From: an uncultured cyanobacterium
GTDB lineage: Bacteria > Cyanobacteriota > Cyanobacteriia > Leptolyngbyales > Leptolyngbyaceae
DNA length: 64,000 nt
Assembly (NCBI GenBank): GCA_963766075.1
Contig: CAVYAN010000026.1
Location: 30,117-94,116 of the forward strand
Direction of reading: 5' to 3'
Of this stretch, positions 54,620 to 64,000 are shown in pieces. The stretch's first letter is position 1. Every line of letters begins with the position of its first letter. Position numbers and translations under genes: made by a program. The notes under the pieces were generated by a model. It saw only the letters and a list, made by a program, of their open reading frames with translations. It had not been told where the DNA came from and ran no database searches.

Positions 54620-55216
54620 ATGAAAACCGTTTCGATACTGTCTGGATTCTCTCTCGGATTGCCTTGGGGCATGGCTGTTAGTGCAGTACTGTTGACGGGG
54701 CTACCTCCAGCGGCAGCGCAAGAGCGGGATGGCTGCGTTGTGAACCTGCCGGGTACAACTGTCAACCTGAGCAAGCTCTGTGGACAGGGCGGGCCGGGAT
54801 CGGCGGGGCCAGGGTATGGCGCAGGGGAGACTAGTGCGGCGAATAAGACGGTGTTTCGGGCTCCGATTAAGCGGTTGTCGGGTAAGGCTCCGGTGATTGA
54901 TGTGACGTTTAACGGCAGTCGTAAGTTTGAGATGATTGTGGATACGGGGGCAGACAGCACGCTGATTACAAAGACCATGGCCCGGTTATTGAAGCTGCCC
55001 ATCGTGGGCAATGAGCGCTTTGGCTTGGCCAATGGCAGTACGGTCACAATGCCGATTGGCCGATTAGCGTCCATCGCGGTGGATGGAGCGGTGTTGCGCA
55101 ATGTAGAGGTGGCGATCGCCGAGGATATGGATGCAGGGCTATTGGGGCACGACTTTTTTGGCAATTATGATATGCAGATCAAAAAAGACGTGGTGGAATT
55201 TCGGAAGCGCTCCTAG
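54620..55216 (+). CDS. Secreted retropepsin-like aspartic protease
   Basis: Signal peptide, VDTGA, GLLGHDFF. Confidence 0.88.
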   Translation: MKTVSILSGFSLGLPWGMAVSAVLLTGLPPAAAQERDGCVVNLPGTTVNLSKLCGQGGPGSAGPGYGAGETSAANKTVFRAPIKRLSGKAPVIDVTFNGSRKFEMIVDTGADSTLITKTMARLLKLPIVGNERFGLANGSTVTMPIGRLASIAVDGAVLRNVEVAIAEDMDAGLLGHDFFGNYDMQIKKDVVEFRKRS

Positions 55217-55231
55217 CGTTCGGAAGCGCTC

Positions 55232-56014
55232 CTAGGGGGTATGCGGAAATTCCTTACCCCGCACTTCTTTGGCAAAGGCTTGGGCGGCGGTGGTAATAGT
55301 GGCCCGGAGGTTGGTGTAGGCCCGGGCAAAGGGGGGCATCTGGGTGGAAAGTCCCAGCAGATCAGCCGTGACCAAGACTTGGCCATCACAGGCTGGTCCT
55401 GCACCGATGCCGATCGTGGGAATGGTAATGGCCTGGGTGATGGTTTGGGCGAGCTCGCTGGGAATATGTTCCAGAACGATCGCAAAACAGCCTGCGGCTT
55501 CCAGGGCGATCGCTTCTGCCAAAATGCGTTCACCACTGGCGGTAGACTTTCCCTGCTGCTGGAAGCCCAGTTGCCTGACGGATTGGGGGGTTAAGCCCAC
55601 ATGGCCCATGACGGGAATGCCCGCTTCGACCAGGCGAGTAATGGTGGCGGCCATGGTGGGGTTGCCCCCTTCAAGCTTAACCGCGTGGACTCCAGCTTCC
55701 TTAAGGACTCGTCCCGCAGAGTGTAGCGCCTGGGCCGTGCTTTCCTGATAGGTCAGAAAAGGTAAGTCACAGACGAGCAGGGCATGGGTAACGCCCCGCC
55801 GTACGGCTTTGGCATGGTGGATCATTTCATCGAGGGTGATGGGCAGGGTGGTATCGTAGCCCAGGGTCACCATCGCTAAAGAGTCACCAATCAGAATTAG
55901 GTCGATTCCGGCTTGGTCCAGGATTTGGGCAATCGCATAGTCTGCCGCTGTCAGAGCGACAATAGTCCGACCTTTTTGCTTCCAGGTCAAAAGGTGATGG
56001 GGCGTCACAGGCAT
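55232..56014 (-). CDS. panB: 3-methyl-2-oxobutanoate hydroxymethyltransferase
   Basis: [31 protein letters not shown]. Confidence 0.97.
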   Translation of the reverse strand: MPVTPHHLLTWKQKGRTIVALTAADYAIAQILDQAGIDLILIGDSLAMVTLGYDTTLPITLDEMIHHAKAVRRGVTHALLVCDLPFLTYQESTAQALHSAGRVLKEAGVHAVKLEGGNPTMAATITRLVEAGIPVMGHVGLTPQSVRQLGFQQQGKSTASGERILAEAIALEAAGCFAIVLEHIPSELAQTITQAITIPTIGIGAGPACDGQVLVTADLLGLSTQMPPFARAYTNLRATITTAAQAFAKEVRGKEFPHTP

Positions 56015-56232
56015 GGCATAACCGTAAAATTGCGGGTGTGGAATCGCTGGGAATAGAATTATTTCTGAAAGGAATTTAGCCCTAGCCTTAATATTGTGCG
56101 ACTAATTGCGCGTTATGGTGAGGGATACCGCAGATATCCGGAGAGTCCCGGACTGGGTTTGTAAAGAAGCTATGAAAATCTGGGAAATCTGGCTGATTTT
56201 TGTGAAGAATTGACGAGAGGCCCCAGAATAGT

Positions 56233-56340
56233 TCAAATGCTGGCTGATGGGGGGCGCTAGGATGCAGCTGCCAAAGTCTGTCAAATGCTGGCTGATGGGG
56301 GGCGCTAGAATGCACCTACCAAAGTCTGTCAAAGTCTGTC
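56233..56340. repeat. Intergenic direct repeats
   Basis: TCAAATGCTGGCTGATGGGGGGCGCTAG twice plus CAAAGTCTGT repeats. Confidence 0.7.
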
Positions 56341-56382
56341 TCTGTCAACCCAAAATTGTCTTTTGGCCGGGGTACATGTTCT

Positions 56383-58143
56383 ATGATTCTTGTGACCGTT
56401 GGGACTGAGCAGTATCCATTCAATGCCTTATTGGATTGGGTGGGGGCACTGATGCAGGCGGGCTTTATTGCACCGGAAGAAGAAGTGGTGGTGCAGTACG
56501 GCGCGTGCACGCGGTTTCCCGATCGCGTCAAGATCTATCAACGGCTCCCCGAAAGTGAGTTCAAAGCCCTCGTTGCCCAAGCCCGGTTGGTCATTGCCCA
56601 TTGTGGTGAGGGCACAGCGCTCCTCCTGAAGACGTTCAATGTGCCCTATGTGTTGGTCCCCAGAACTCAGCGGTGGGGAGAGCATGTCGATAATCATCAA
56701 TTGGAAATGGCGGCGGCCTTGGAAAAGCAGGGCGTGGCGATCGCTCGCTCTCCCGCAGATTTAATCCATTTTTTAGCCACCCCCACCACCGCGCCCCCTC
56801 CCCTAGAGTCCGATAGTCAGTTATGTAGGGCCTTGACCCAACTCTGTCCGCCTACCGCCAGTCGGCGGATGATGTTGGTCTGTTCCTCAGGCGGACACTT
56901 TAAGGCGATGCAGGAGCTTCGCGCGTTTTGGAGTGCCTTTGCCGAGCGGACCTGGGTCACGTTTAGAACCCGAGCCACGGAATCTGAGCTGACGGTCGAG
57001 GGCGATTGGGTGCATTGGGCGTTCCATCCCACCAATCGCAACCTGCCGAATCTTGTGCGGAATTTGGTCTTGGCGGTGGGGGTACTCCGGCAAGAGCGGC
57101 CCGATGTTGTGGTGTCTACCGGAGCCGGGGTTGCCGTGCCGTTTTTACTCCTGGCCAAACTGTTGTATGGCAGTACTGTGGTGTTTGTGGAGTCCAAGAC
57201 CCGGCTGCAAAAGCTGAGTTTGTCGGCGCTGCTGCTGCGAATTTGCGGGGCGTTGGATCACTTGATTGTTCAGGCTCCTGCCCTCGCAGCGCTTTATCCA
57301 GAGGCTGTGCTTGTGGATAGTTCTGGATCAGCCGCTGCAACGGAAACCCTCCCAGCACAGTTTTCCTCTCCAGCGTCGATAAAAGGGAAGCCGGATTTCA
57401 TTGGCCTGCACGATTCCCTGTTGGTCAGTGCGCCAACCCTGGAAGGGCGATTCAATGGCGCGGCGCTGCTGGAGCAAGTGCATTCGGCCTGTGCATTATT
57501 GTCCCCACCGACGTTATTGTCCCCGCAGGTGTTGCCCGCTCAAATTGTGGTGGTAGACATGCAGGCGGTGCAATCCATTGATAGCGCTGGATTGGATGCG
57601 TTGATGCGGCTGTGGCGTCAGGTCAAAACGGGCAACGGGCAGTTGGTGCTATGGAGTGTTCCGCCTCGGGTGATGGCTGTGCTGATGCGTGCCCGCTTTG
57701 ACCGATTGCTGCGCATTGATCCGGCGACGGCGGCAGTGCGGCAGGCCAGTAGTCCGCCCGCTGTACCGACCGGGGCTACGACAGTAGTGCCGCAGAGTTC
57801 CTGGCGACGGGCGGTGGATATTGGCGTGGCCTTGGCAGGGTTGGGCGTGACGACGGTGGCGCTGTTGCCGATCGCGATCGCCATCAAACTGGAGAGCCCA
57901 GGGCCAATTTTCACCCGTGAAATGTGCTGTGGCTATATGGGCCAACAATTCAGTACCTGGAAGTTCCGCACGAGCCGAGTGCCTGACACCACCACCTCGC
58001 CGTCGGCAGCAGCGACGCAGTTGACCCAAGTGGGCAAGGTCCTGCACTATCTCCGACTTGATAAACTGCCGTTGTTTTGGAATGTTCTGGTAGGGGAGAT
58101 GCGCCTGACGGGAGGCTATGCGCCGCGATCGTCCGGTCTCTGA
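56383..58143 (+). CDS. Fusion: PssE/Alg13-like + PssD/Alg14-like glycosyltransferase + STAS + degenerate phosphoglycosyltransferase domain
   Basis: MILVTVGT/HCG/EHVDNHQ; CSSGGH/STGAGVAVP/VES; DMQAVQSIDSAGL; DIGVA...PGPIF...KFRT...LDKLP..WNVL.GEM. Confidence 0.82.
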   Translation: MILVTVGTEQYPFNALLDWVGALMQAGFIAPEEEVVVQYGACTRFPDRVKIYQRLPESEFKALVAQARLVIAHCGEGTALLLKTFNVPYVLVPRTQRWGEHVDNHQLEMAAALEKQGVAIARSPADLIHFLATPTTAPPPLESDSQLCRALTQLCPPTASRRMMLVCSSGGHFKAMQELRAFWSAFAERTWVTFRTRATESELTVEGDWVHWAFHPTNRNLPNLVRNLVLAVGVLRQERPDVVVSTGAGVAVPFLLLAKLLYGSTVVFVESKTRLQKLSLSALLLRICGALDHLIVQAPALAALYPEAVLVDSSGSAAATETLPAQFSSPASIKGKPDFIGLHDSLLVSAPTLEGRFNGAALLEQVHSACALLSPPTLLSPQVLPAQIVVVDMQAVQSIDSAGLDALMRLWRQVKTGNGQLVLWSVPPRVMAVLMRARFDRLLRIDPATAAVRQASSPPAVPTGATTVVPQSSWRRAVDIGVALAGLGVTTVALLPIAIAIKLESPGPIFTREMCCGYMGQQFSTWKFRTSRVPDTTTSPSAAATQLTQVGKVLHYLRLDKLPLFWNVLVGEMRLTGGYAPRSSGL

Positions 58144-58177
58144 CACCGCCGATTTAAGAACTCCGGATCAGCAGTTT

Positions 58178-58444
58178 ATGGATCGTAAGCCGGGGCTGCT
58201 GGGCGAGTTGAGCTGGGTACCGCCCATGGCCGCAGGGGTAAGCGAGGGCGCGGGCGGTGAGAGTTCTCGCTCTGAGGGCTTGGTGGGTGACGGCTTGATG
58301 GGGGCTGACGGCTTAATAGAACAGCCGATGGGCCTGAAGGTGCTAGACGAAATCAAGGCAGTGACGCCGAGTCCGGATTCTGTCACCCCATGGGAGCGCG
58401 CCCTAGATGACCCCGACCTCGACTCGGTGGGCGAAGCGTCCTAG
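58178..58444 (+). other. Probable 5' fragment of the next cyanobacterial gene, cut at the composition junction
   Basis: ORF starts right after the glycosyltransferase fusion and runs into GC-rich sequence. Confidence 0.4.
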
Positions 58445-58452
58445 CGCGACCC

Positions 58453-59080
58453 TCAGCTCGCGCTCGCGGTCGACGCGACGGGACGGGCGGCGATCCGATC
58501 GGCCAGCTCGAGCATCGGCTCGGAGGCCTGTTCGAGCAGCAGCACCAGCTCGTCGCGGTCGGCACGTGGGGCTCTTGATCCACTCGAGCGTGATCTCCTC
58601 CACGAACGCGAGCCAACCGTGGACGAACAGCCGGACGGTCGGATCGTCGGGCAGCGACAGCTTCTCCTGCAACAGGTCGATGATCGTGGTCTTGGCCCGA
58701 TCGACGCACGCCGTGAGCCCGGCATCGGAGCCGGAGCCCGGCCTGTGACCGTGACGTAGGCCTCGCGGTGCGTCTCGACGTAGCCGACGAACGCGTCGAG
58801 GGCGTCGAGGAACTTGGCCGGATCACGGCTGAGGGTGACCGCGTGAAGCGCGGTCCGAGCAGCTCGTCCGCCGCGCCCTCGACCACGGCGACCTGGTAGT
58901 CGACCTTGGTCGGGAAGTAGTGGTACAGGAGCCCGTTCGAGATGCCCGCGGTGGCGATGACCTCTTCGAAGCGCGGAGCTGGTCGATGGGGTGCTGGCGG
59001 ATGTGGTCGAGCCCGATCCCGATGAGCTGCGCCTTGCGTGCCTCGGGGTCGAGCCGTCGCCGGGGCGCCGGAGTCGTCAC
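58453..59080 (-). CDS. TetR family regulator (actinobacterial-type, frameshifted)
   Basis: Fragments RRRLDPEARKAQLI, AGISNGLLYHYFPTK, VHGWLAFVEE in different frames. Confidence 0.75.
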
Positions 59081-59202
59081 GTCTGCAGCGTAGTGGACCG
59101 GGCGCGGGCGGCTCCCGACGACACGCGGCGGCGTCTTGCCACGTTTCGCGGTTCCTTCTCGCGGAGCGTGGCGATCTGGGCCAAACTGACGGCATGTCAG
59201 GA

Positions 59203-59883
59203 ATGGGTCCTCCGGGATCCTGAGGGATCGAGCCGGCCGTACGGAGGTCGGTCGCCCGATGATCGCCGGGCAGATCGCACCCGCAAGATCCTCGACGCCG
59301 CCCTCCAGCTCTACGGCACCGACGGCTACTCGCACACCACGATCTCGACCCTGTGCCGCACTGCCGGCGTCGCCCCGGTCAAGTTCTACGAGGAGTTCGT
59401 GGGGCAGGAGGACGTGCTGCTCCTGCTGTGCGAGGAATGGGTCGCTTCGGCGTTCGACGCGGTCAACGCCGCCGTCGACGTGGCCGTGGCTGACGGCTCC
59501 GAGGTCGCCGTCGTCGCCCGCGTCGGGTTGGGCGTGTTCTGCCACTCGCTGCTCGACGATCCCCTGTGTGGCGTGGGTCCTGCTGGTCGAGATCGTGGGC
59601 GTGTCGCGGGAGGTCGAGCGCCGCCGCCGGCACATCGCGGGCCGCTACGCCGAGCTCGACCTCGTGGTTCTACGAGATGGTGTGCGAGGCCCGCGGCGAA
59701 CCCACGCTCGACGCCGCGGCACCGCAGAACATGCTCGTCGCGACGGCCCTGGTCGGGGCGGTGTCCGAAGCGATCATCGGCCGGGTGCTCGACGACGATC
59801 GCATGCCCGTCGACGACCTCGTCGAGACGCTCACCCAGCTCTTCCTGCTCGCGACGGCGCTGCTGGTGACCACCTCGCCCTGA
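59203..59883 (+). CDS. TetR family regulator (actinobacterial-type, frameshifted)
   Basis: RPYGGRSPDDRRADR..ILDAALQLYGTDGY...LCRTAGV...FYEEF; C-terminus in other frames. Confidence 0.75.
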
Positions 59884-60036
59884 CGCGCTGCCGGTGTGCC
59901 GTCGCGTGGCACGGACACGTCACGCCTGTCGGGTGTGAGCATCGACGTGCGTGATGTGCTCCGACAACGGTGGACGAGTCGGACGGGTCCGACGGTGTGG
60001 ACGGTGTGGACCGGCTGACGCCTCGGCTGGTGGCCG

Positions 60037-60645
60037 ATGCCCTCGGCCATGCCGCGGCGCGGTGCGCCTGCTCCAGCACGCCCACCTCCTCGACCGCGCC
60101 GGTGGCGGCCCGCTCGACCGTCTGCTGGACGACCTGGCCGCTCGTGCTGCGTCCGGCGATCGCCGCGCGACGACGCTGCTGCTCGAGGTCGTCCACCACC
60201 TCGGCCTGGTCCGCCCCGCGATCGTGTGCCTGCTCGACGACCCGATGGCCGCCGACGACGCGATCCAGGCGACGTTGCTCGCGGTCGAGCGCCGGATCTC
60301 GACCTTCCAGTGCCGGTCGCTGTTCCGCACGTGGCTGTTCGCCGTCGCCCGCAACGAGGCGCTGATGGCCCTGCGCCGCCGCCCGCCCGTCCCGATCGAC
60401 CCGTGGGACGACCAGATCGACCGCCGCGACGACGGCGCCCGCTTCACCACCGTCGTCGTGTCCCAGCACCTGATCGACGAGCTTGCCCCCACCGCCTCCC
60501 CGCTCCCTACGGCGAGACGATGTTCTCCTCTCGTGTCGCCGAGCAACTCGACTACGAGCAGATCGCCGCCCGCCTCGGCGTCCCGATCGGCACCGTCCGC
60601 TCCCGCCTCGCCAAAGCCCGCGCGCTCCTCCGCCTCACCCTCTGA
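60037..60645 (+). CDS. ECF RNA polymerase sigma factor (frameshifted; start uncertain)
   Basis: Region 2 AADDAIQ...FRTWLFAVARN; region 4 LDYEQIAARLGVPIGTVRSRLAKAR in another frame. Confidence 0.8.
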   Translation: MPSAMPRRGAPAPARPPPRPRRWRPARPSAGRPGRSCCVRRSPRDDAAARGRPPPRPGPPRDRVPARRPDGRRRRDPGDVARGRAPDLDLPVPVAVPHVAVRRRPQRGADGPAPPPARPDRPVGRPDRPPRRRRPLHHRRRVPAPDRRACPHRLPAPYGETMFSSRVAEQLDYEQIAARLGVPIGTVRSRLAKARALLRLTL

Positions 60646-60660
60646 TCGACACCTCCCGAG

Positions 60661-60822
60661 CCTCGGCCGCGCCCGTGCCCAACCCCGGGTTCTCGGCAGC
60701 GCCCGCGCCCCATCTTCGGGTTCTCGGCAGCGCCCGCGCCATTCTGGATTCTCGCCGTGCCCAACTCTGGATTCTCGGCAGCGCCCGCGCCCCAACTCTG
60801 GATTCTCGGCAGGGCCCGTGAC
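60661..60822 (+). repeat. Tandem array of about 6 degenerate ~30-bp units
   Basis: Core G(A/G)TTCTCGGCAGCGCCCGCGCC with short linkers. Confidence 0.8.
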
Positions 60823-60921
60823 CTCCTTCTCGGAAATCTCGCGATCCGTGACTTGATCCCGATGCTCGATGCATCACACGGAGGCAAGCCCCCCTCAGAC
60901 CCTCACCACAGGAGCCCCTCC

Positions 60922-62178
60922 CATGCCTCAACCCGCTCGACCCCACCATCCGATCCACCGCCCACCCACCATCGGGCCACCTCGTCCGGCGCGTGCATCG
61001 CGGACCGTGCGGCGTTGCCGAGCCGGTGGACTCCTCGTCCTCGGCGTGCTGCTGATCACCGCGCTCGCCGCCACGGGCATGGCCGGCTCGTCCGGCGTCG
61101 CGGGCGCGTCGCCACCGACGACCGACGGGACCGAACCGCACCCGACGACCACGCAGGCGCCGCCCACCGGCCAGATCAAGGGCTTCGTCAACCTGGTCAA
61201 CTGCAACGTCAGCCCGACCACGCTGTACGCCGACGCCTAGGTCGTGACGAGCCCGTACATCGAGCCCGCCTTCGAGTCCGCGGGCAGGTCGGCGCCAACG
61301 GCCAGTTCCTCATCGTCGGCCTGCCGATCGGCAACTACAACGTGTCGGGGTCTGAACCGGCGTGCCCGTACGGCGTGTGGAACCAGACGATGGTCTCGGT
61401 CACGTCGGCATCAGCACCTTCCCGGCCTCGGCGGGGACGTTCACCTACACCGCGCCGACCCACGTGACCAAGGTGCCGACCGTGCTGATCGAAGGCGCCG
61501 TCCGCAACACGCTCAACACGATGAGCATGCACCTCAACAACCTCGGCCCCGCGGTCGGCCAGAGCCGCCAGCTCGACAACAGCTCGTCGGTGACGATCGG
61601 CGCCGACTCGTTCGCGTTCAGCCTCCCCGAGGAGAAGTACGCGCTGCGGGTCTGCGTGATCTGGTGCCACACGTTCGGCGAGGCCCGGTTCTACGTCAAC
61701 GACGTCAACCTCAACTCGCGTGACGTGCACTGGAACGGCAACGGCCTCGACGTGAACCTCGGCTTCGAGAGCAGCGGCCGCGAGGCGAAGGGCTTCCTCA
61801 CGGACTCGTCGCTCAACGGCTCCCCCGCCGACGACCTGATGCCCGACGTCAACATCGACGACGCCAAGATCTCCACGCGCCTGGTGCCGGTGGCGCTGAA
61901 CGGCAAGCTGAGCTGCACCGCGACCAACGTCGTGGTGAGCGGCACCGTCCAGGCCACCGGTCCGTGCGACCTGCTCGGCTTCGACCCGTGCGACTTCTTC
62001 GGCAGCTACAAGAACGACGTGAAGTCGGGCCTGCAGTTGGGCGCCAGCGCGGCGCTCAACAGCGCCATGGTCAAGGCGAAGGTCGAGAGCCAGCTGGCGT
62101 CGACGCTCGCGGCCTTCCTCGGCATCACCACCGTCACCCGCGTACGTCGACGGCGACAACCTCGTCCTCGTGTCGTAG
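60922..62178 (+). CDS. Secreted or surface hypothetical protein (frameshifted)
   Basis: Hydrophobic signal GLLVLGVLLITALAA, then a beta-rich Cys-containing body over several frames; strong GC3 bias. Confidence 0.55.
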
Positions 62179-62258
62179 TCCCTCCGTCGTTCGTCCACCC
62201 ACCGCGGGCCCCGGATTCGCCCTCCGATCCGGGGCCGCGGCGTGCCCAGCGGTCGTGG

Positions 62259-62327
62259 AGGCGCGGGCGCTGCCGAGAATCTGAGAAGGGGGCGCGGGCG
62301 CTGCCGAGAATCTGAGAAGGGGGCCGC
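62259..62327 (-). repeat. Two further copies of the ~30-bp unit, inverted relative to 60661-60822
   Basis: GGCGCGGGCGCTGCCGAGAATCTGAGAAGGG twice. Confidence 0.78.
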
Positions 62328-62348
62328 GAGCGGTGTCGCCGTGGATCG

Positions 62349-63330
62349 TCAGTCGGTGGCGATGGTGTCGGCCGCGAAGGTCGGGGAACACCTGGCGACC
62401 TTCGCGAGCAGGTATTCGCCGTAGGTGCCCGTGAAGCGTGGACGCTCGCCCGGTCCCAGCGCGGCCGCTCGTCGATGCGGCCCCGCCGGCCGACGTGGGG
62501 CGCCGGCGCCACGGCGTCCCAGACGACCCAGGAAGAAGCGGAAACGAAAGCGGTCGGTGCCGGTCGGTTGCGGACGCGGTGCGGCGTCGATCGGTAGCGG
62601 CCGCCCGTGATCCGTCGAGCATGTCGCCGATGTTGCACCAAGCCGTCGGGCCGGGGGGCACGTCGATCAGCCGCGCGGCTCGACCTGTAGCCCGCCGGCG
62701 CCGTCCTGCGCAGGATCGTGAGCAGGCCGTAGTCGGTGTGCTCGGCACGCCCCACACGTCGCGACCGGTCGGTTCGGTGCGCTGGCGGATAGCGGAAGAT
62801 CCGGAACAGGGTGACGGGATCGGCGGTGAGGTGCTCGGCGACGATGCGTGCCGGGCCCAGCCAGCGCGCGCCCCGCGAGCAGCGTGTCCGAGCGGAGTCA
62901 GTCGCGCAGGTACTCGAGCACCGCGCCGCGCAGCACGGCGGGTCGGCGGGGGAACAGGTTCGCGCCGTGGAGGCCGGCGCGCGGCCGGCGACACGGGGAT
63001 GTCGGCGCGAGCTCGGCGCCGAAGTAGATGCCTACCTTCAGGTCGGGAACCCCGACGTGAGCTCACCACCCACCGGGAACCATCCGCGCCCGCGTGCCGC
63101 TCGCGGCATCGCGATCTCGCCTTGGTCGGCGTCGGGTCGAGCGCGAAGAACTCGCCGCGCCGAGCACGTCGACCGGGCGGAGCGACGGGTCGATGCCGTG
63201 CCCGACGATCGAGAAGAACCCGACCTCGTGGCAGGCCTCGTCGAGCTGCGCCGCGACGCGGGCCGTGCGGGTCCGCGTCGCCGGCGACCAACGGCCCGAT
63301 GTCGATCTCCGGAACGCCGCGGACCATCAC
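62349..63330 (-). CDS. Isopenicillin N synthase family 2OG-Fe(II) dioxygenase (heavily frameshifted)
   Basis: PEIDIGPL, HTDYGLLTIL, NIGDMLD, YRSTPHRV fragments in different frames. Confidence 0.78.
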
Positions 63331-63366
63331 GTCAATCTACGGCGGTCGATCGCGCGGGGTCGTGCG

Positions 63367-64000
63367 TCAGGTGGCGGGCAGGCTGAGGAAGAGGCGGTGG
63401 AGGAACGTGGCCATCGCCTGGCGCGACACGTTGCTCGCCGGTCGGAACGACCCGTCGGCGTAGCCGGTGGCGATGCCCTTGCCCACGAGCCAGGCGACCT
63501 CGCCGCAGAACGGCGCGGCGGCGGCGACGTCGGTGAACGGGGTGTTGGGCAGCCGGGCGGGTCGACGGTGCTCACCTGCAGCCGGGACAGGAACGCCGCC
63601 ATGGCCTCACGGGTGATCGGTTCGAGCGGGCGGAACTTGCCGTCGGGGTAGCCGGCCGTCACGCCCCGACCCGACGAGCCAGGTGATCTCACCGCAGAAG
63701 AGCGACGAGGTGGCAACGTCGGAGAACGGGGCGATGGCGCACGTCGGCGAGGGACCGAGCGGCTCCTGCTCGGGCCAGCTGGTAGAGGAACGCGGCCATC
63801 GCCTGCCGGGACACCGAGTCGTTCGGCTTGTAGGTGCCGTCGGCGTAGCCGACCGCGATGCCGCTGTTCGTGGCCCACAGCACGTCGGCATAGAAGGGGG
63901 AGGTCATCGGCACGTCGCTGAACACGGTCGGCGTCACCGACCACGACGGCCCCGAGGGCGGACCGGTGCCCATGGCGTTGGTCGCCCGGATCACGAACGT
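63367..64000 (-). CDS. C-terminus of a fibronectin-III/S-layer homology (SLH) domain protein (partial, frameshifted)
   Basis: IRATNAMGTGPPS, then three SLH-like repeats such as FSDV...GYADGTYKP...SRQAMAAFL and GYPDGKFRP..ITREAMAAFL. Confidence 0.8.

Noticed and set aside
56233..56340. Possible mini-CRISPR (28-bp repeat twice)
   Set aside because: Only two copies, and the intervening sequence is itself duplicated, so this is a tandem duplication
60661..60822. Possible CRISPR array
   Set aside because: Linkers are only about 6-10 nt and similar to each other, there are no unique 30-40 nt spacers, and no cas genes are present
58383..63944. Long Arg/Pro/Ala-rich ORFs in the GC-rich segment as novel proteins
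   Set aside because: Out-of-frame readings caused by high GC and indels; recognisable motifs hop between frames
58380..64000. Genomic island or pseudogene cluster acquired by horizontal transfer
   Set aside because: No mobility genes or att sites, and indel-only damage with preserved codon bias fits sequencing error in a foreign read better

Overview
Positions 1 to about 58.4 kb are cyanobacterial chromosome. This is supported by dense HIP1 GCGATCGC octamers, raf1, groES-groEL1 with CIRCE and K-box, an NtcA-type site before cynS, and a PLD-ComEA fusion. The segment opens with a tandem array of four paralogous, signal-peptide-less HEIGH zinc metalloproteases (NF038122-like, minus strand, two carrying single-base frameshifts) transcribed divergently from groESL. 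Housekeeping and accessory genes follow: a K+ channel, DAHP synthase, a TetR/Coq4 pair, a BMP-GlcG-deaminase operon, a LysR/cupin pair, recJ, raf1, plsX-fabH-fabD-plsC, comEA, NDH-2, rnz, spoIID, a glycogen debranching enzyme, an O-antigen ligase, ahcY, cynS and panB. The last complete gene is an unusual PssE-PssD-STAS-phosphoglycosyltransferase fusion. At about 58.4 kb the sequence switches abruptly to very GC-rich, actinobacterial-style DNA full of frameshifts (two TetRs, an ECF sigma factor, a secreted protein, a 2OG-Fe(II) oxygenase and an SLH protein). This is most likely a chimeric join or low-coverage read tail rather than biology. No rRNA, tRNA, CRISPR array or transposase was seen. 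Family names come from motif recognition by eye, not from database searches.
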